Below the pieces are notes generated by a model. It made no database searches and was not told where the DNA came from. It saw only the letters and a program-made list of their open reading frames with translations. The translations under genes and the position numbers were made by a program. Shown here in pieces: positions 58,120-64,000 of a stretch of DNA of 64,000 nucleotides (position 1 is the stretch's first letter; each line of letters opens with the position of its first letter). Location of the stretch: NCBI GenBank assembly GCA_951406725.2, contig OX597815.1, positions 146,878,001 to 146,942,000 on the forward strand, given 5' to 3'. This stretch comes from Octopus vulgaris (Eukaryota).

Positions 58120-58480
58120 GCACTCCGTCGGTTACGACGACGAGGGTTCCGGTTGATCCGAATCAACGGAACAGCCTGCTCGTGAAATTAAGGTGTAAGT
58201 GGCTGAGCACTCCACAGACACGTGTACCCTTAACGTAGTTCTCGGGGATATTCAGCGTGACACAGAGAGTGACAAGGCCGGCCCTTTGAAATACAGGTAC
58301 AACAGAAGCAGGAAGTAAGAGTAAGAGAAAGTTAGGGATGACCACCATCCTCTGCCGGAGCCTCGTGGAGCTTTAAGTGTTTTCGCTCAATAAACACTCA
58401 CAACGCCCGGTCTGGGAATCGAAACCGCGATCCTATGACCGCGAGTCCACTGCCCTAACCACTGGGCCATTGCGCCTCCA
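58120..58480 (-). mobile_element. Well-preserved tRNA-derived SINE with intact Pol III boxes
   Basis: Minus strand GGAGGCGCAATGGCCCAGTGGTTAGGGC...GGTTTCGATTCCC (A and B boxes) followed by ~280 bp body; tail fragment also at 50470-50540. Confidence 0.85.
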
Positions 58481-58602
58481 CTATGTATGTAATAATACAT
58501 TCATGTATACATGTACATGCCTTATACAGTACATGCATATGGTATATGCTCATGTGTACGTACGTATATATGCGTGTAAGTACATTTGCATATATATATA
58601 TT

Positions 58603-58667
<65 letters not shown>

Positions 58668-58779
58668 GGATAGATAGACAGATAGACAGACAGATAGATA
58701 GATAGATAAATAGATAGATATATGCATATATATGTACACACATACACACACACACATATATAAATGTATATATTTGTGC

Positions 58780-59852
<1,073 letters not shown>

Positions 59853-60669
59853 GCACGGATGTGTGCATGTGTGCATATTTGTATGCCTTTGTGTATATAT
59901 TCCCATGATTTCCACATCACTTTGAATACTACCGGTAGCATATCATCCAGTAAATCTTTTAATGGTTGTTTCCTTGATGACTAAACAAGTAACCACAACA
60001 AATAACTATACTGCACTACATCAAAACTGGTCTCGATAGTCTCAACAGCTATTTAGCTACACAGCATGAGCAGATGAAATATTAACAGACGTACTGAAAA
60101 TCTCTCCGAACTTTGATGGCTAATAATTTTGTTATAACCTCTGTCTGGGTGAATAATAACTCTAAATTCCAGTTCCTACAGTCTTGTGGCCCCCGCTTTT
60201 TTTTTTTTTTTTTTTTTTCTTGGTTGGGATGCCGAGGGAGATGGAATATTCTAGCTTAAAACCCAAGAGTTTAGTGTACGGTCCAGTCATCGCAGTTTTT
60301 TTGTTTTCATCGGTAACTCCTGGTTTTATTGAAAAGTCGATTGCGTGCAGTGCAAGCTTAATTCACTCCAAACAAACTCACGCATAGCTACTTTTTGGTA
60401 TTATGGCAATCTCATGCGATTTCCACGTACAGCTTGCATGAGACATAAAAGGGACCGACATAGATCAGAGAATGGTCACACACGAAATTGCGTGGACAGC
60501 AATTATATATATTGGTCTCTGTGTCTTTTATTTTTTTTTTGTTCTTCTGATACAGTAGTGCGTAATTTGAAGAAACTTTGCTGCTATTTCAAGCTGCTAG
60601 ACGTAATATACATACATACACATACATATATATATATATATATACATACACATACATATATACATACAT

Positions 60670-60730
<61 letters not shown>

Positions 60731-61566
60731 TGTGTGCATGTGTGCATATTTGTATGCCTTTGTGTATATATTCCCATGATTTCCACATCACTTTGAATAC
60801 TACCGGTAGCATATCATCCAGTAAATCTTTTAATGGTTGTTTCCTTGATGACTAAACAAGTAACCACAACAAATAACTATACTGCACTACATCAAAACTG
60901 GTCTCGATAGTCTCAACAGCTATTTAGCTACACAGCATGAGCAGATGAAATATTAACAGACGTACTGAAAATCTCTCCGAACTTTGATGGCTAATAATTT
61001 TGTTATAACCTCTGTCTGGGTGAATAATAACTCTAAATTCCAGTTCCTACAGTCTTGTGGCCCCCGCTTTTTTTTTTTTTTTTTTCTTGGTTGGGATGCC
61101 GAGGAGATGGAATATTCTAGCTTAAAACCCAAGAGTTTAGTGTACGGTCCAGTCATCGCAGTTTTTTTGTTTTCATCGGTAACTCCTGGTTTTATTGAAA
61201 AGTCGATTGCGTGCAGTGCAAGCTTAATTCACTCCAAACAAACTCACGCATAGCTACTTTTTGGTATTATGGCAATCTCATGCGATTTCCACGTACAGCT
61301 TGCATGAGACATAAAAGGGACCGACATAGATCAGAGAATGGTCACACACGAAATTGCGTGGACAGCAATTATATATATTGGTCTCTGTGTCTTTTATTTT
61401 TTTTTTGTTCTTCTGATACAGTAGTGCGTAATTTGAAGAAACTTTGCTGCTATTTCAAGCTGCTAGACGTATAAGCCGGTTGATTTACACCTGTATATGA
61501 ATCTAATGAGAATATACGTGTGTATATACACTTTAATTCATTGACGATCTCCTACATACATAAACA

Positions 61567-61604
<38 letters not shown>

Positions 61605-61758
61605 ATATATACATACACACTCGCACTCACACATATACACATATATATGTATATACATATATATGCATGTATGTGAATACATGAGTCTCTCTCTCTCCCT
61701 CTCTCTCTGCATATATATATATATACACACACACACTAATATGAATACATACATACAT

Positions 61759-61793
<35 letters not shown>

Positions 61794-62116
61794 TATACAT
61801 ACACTAGAGATAGACACGATGGTTGTGTATAGCACAATGTTTGTTAGACGTAATACCACAGAAATGCAAAAACCCGCACTTAAGACTCAAGACCTATCGA
61901 GCGAGCGCTGACATGTGAGAAACAACAGCCAAATCTACAATCCAAATTACTTTGCGTGTCTTAAAGAAAGGAGGGGGAAACAAATTTATAACGTAGTGTA
62001 GTTTCACGGTGATAGGAAACAGGGTCAGGATTGTCACAGCTGTTGTGACTCTCTTAATCTCTCTGCCTGATCGTAACTGAGATACGATTAATTAAAAACT
62101 ACAGTAACAACACTAC

Positions 62117-62355
<239 letters not shown>

Positions 62356-62512
62356 ACTACAGCAATAACACTTACAGCAACAGCAACAACAACAAACCGG
62401 TCTGTGTTGTAGCAATTTGTCGGTTATAAAATGCAAGAAATAGATGTGAAACGCTTCAAATTGAATGTTTAAGAAGTCTAAACAGAATAATAGTAATAAT
62501 AATAATAATAAT

Positions 62513-62607
62513 AGTGTACCCTTATCAGACGGGTAGTCATGATGGGTATACTGGGCTTTGTATATTTTACCCCAGTGCCACTTTGATGGCATGCACTACT
62601 CTCACTC

Positions 62608-62610
<3 letters not shown>
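62513..62610 (+). mobile_element. Short retroposon 3'-end insert between (TAA)n arrays
   Basis: ~95-bp unique segment bracketed by TAA repeats, same architecture as 4955-5040. Confidence 0.45.
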
Positions 62611-62669
<59 letters not shown>

Positions 62670-63400
62670 TTGAATTAGAAATCGTTGGATAATGTATTTT
62701 AGAAACATAATATCTAAACATAAGATTTAGTTGTCAAGGATGCAACGCCTATCACCAGTGCGTTTCGTGTATTAAAAAAACAGCGATAACAGCAATCTTA
62801 AGAAAAAGTTTACGCACACAGACACGCGTAATGAAATATTCAGAAATACATACAGAACAGTCATACTCACACATCATAACCCGGGTGCACACGAACACAC
62901 TCAGGTTTCAGATGCATAACGCATTCTCATACATAGATCGTTATTTCTACACTTATCTATACAGACACCGCTACGTACGTTCTCGCATGCGCACATGTCA
63001 GCACACGTACACGGAGATCGAAACACATGCATCTTTACGTATGCGCTTAAAACAATAGGTGCATATACACATGTACGATGAACGCAAATCCTATACTGAA
63101 TAGTAGCACTGAAAATCCTTGAAAGTGCCTCAGATTTTTATTAAAAAAAAAAAAAACGATAAATATAGATTCGTATGCGGGATGCCGAAAACCACACAGC
63201 TCACTCTCTCTCCCTTTCTCTTTCTTTTTCTGCCTGTCTGTCTGTCTGTATGTCTGTCTCTCTCTCTCTCTCTATCTATCTATTTCTCTCTCTCTCCGTG
63301 TCCACACACACACATACATATAAACGTATAGAAAATAAAGATATGGCTAGCTAGCAAAGCGAGTAAGAGTGATAGATAATCAAGACACACACACATTACG

Positions 63401-63457
<57 letters not shown>

Positions 63458-63464
63458 TTATATA

Positions 63465-63720
63465 TATATATTGTGAGAGAGAGTGACAGAGTGAGGGAGA
63501 AAGAAGTATACATATATACATACACATATACATATATATATACACACAAATACACACATACACACACATGCATATATATATATATATATATATATTGTGA
63601 GAGAGAGTGACAGAGTGAGGGAGAAAGAAGTATACATATATACATACACATATACATATATATATATACACACAAATACACACATACACACACATGCATA
63701 TATATATATATATATATATA
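63465..63720. repeat. ~125-bp tandem duplication within microsatellite
   Basis: TTGTGAGAGAGAGTGACAGAGTGAGGGAGAAAGAAG occurs at 63471 and 63596. Confidence 0.85.
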
Positions 63721-63721
63721 T

Positions 63722-63792
<71 letters not shown>

Positions 63793-63835
63793 TGCATATA
63801 TATCATATACGAATATTTGTATGTGTATGTAAGTA

Positions 63836-64000
63836 CGAGATGGGACTGTAAAGTTCCGGGATTTAAGGGTGTCGCGAAGGCTTGTTTGGGGGCCCAAAAT
63901 TCTCAATTCTTTTACAGGGCTTAGAAGAACGGAAGGGCGGCTGTAATAAGCGTGTTAACCTGTGACGGGAATACGTTGAATAAAATCATAAATAACTGAT
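63836..64000 (+). mobile_element. Internally deleted mariner of a different family, truncated by the window edge
   Basis: TA + CGAGATGGGACTGTAAAGTTCC mariner-type terminus; LQGLEERKGGCNKRVNL*REYVE* resembles a mariner transposase C-terminus. Confidence 0.7.

Noticed and set aside
58405-58480. tRNA-like sequence on minus strand
   Set aside because: It is the head of a SINE continuing into a repeat body; acceptor stem not convincingly closed

Overview
AT-rich, microsatellite-dense animal genomic DNA. The repeat landscape ((TA)n/(CA)n/(TAGA)n/(TAA)n arrays, tRNA-SINEs, Dong/R4 LINEs, Penelope remnants) suggests an octopus-like cephalopod; that taxon is inferred, not tested. Almost all of the supplied ORFs are simple-repeat artefacts. 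Supported content: two near-full-length DD34D mariner copies of one family, a deleted Tigger/pogo element, another deleted mariner at the right edge, several RLE-type (Dong/R4-like) LINE 3' fragments next to TAA repeats, two Penelope GIY-YIG remnants, many SINEs, an ~870-bp near-identical tandem duplication, and one plausible orphan terminal coding exon (9069-9338, minus). The most striking unexplained pattern is a set of minimal hammerhead-ribozyme-like motifs in Penelope-type fragments, mostly embedded in (TA)n. Three long fold-back palindromes have their centre or outer end on the hammerhead stem III/cleavage site. The two mariner copies also share the same frameshift right after the first HTH domain. 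All family names are assigned by eye from motifs; no database search was run, and boundaries of degraded elements are approximate.
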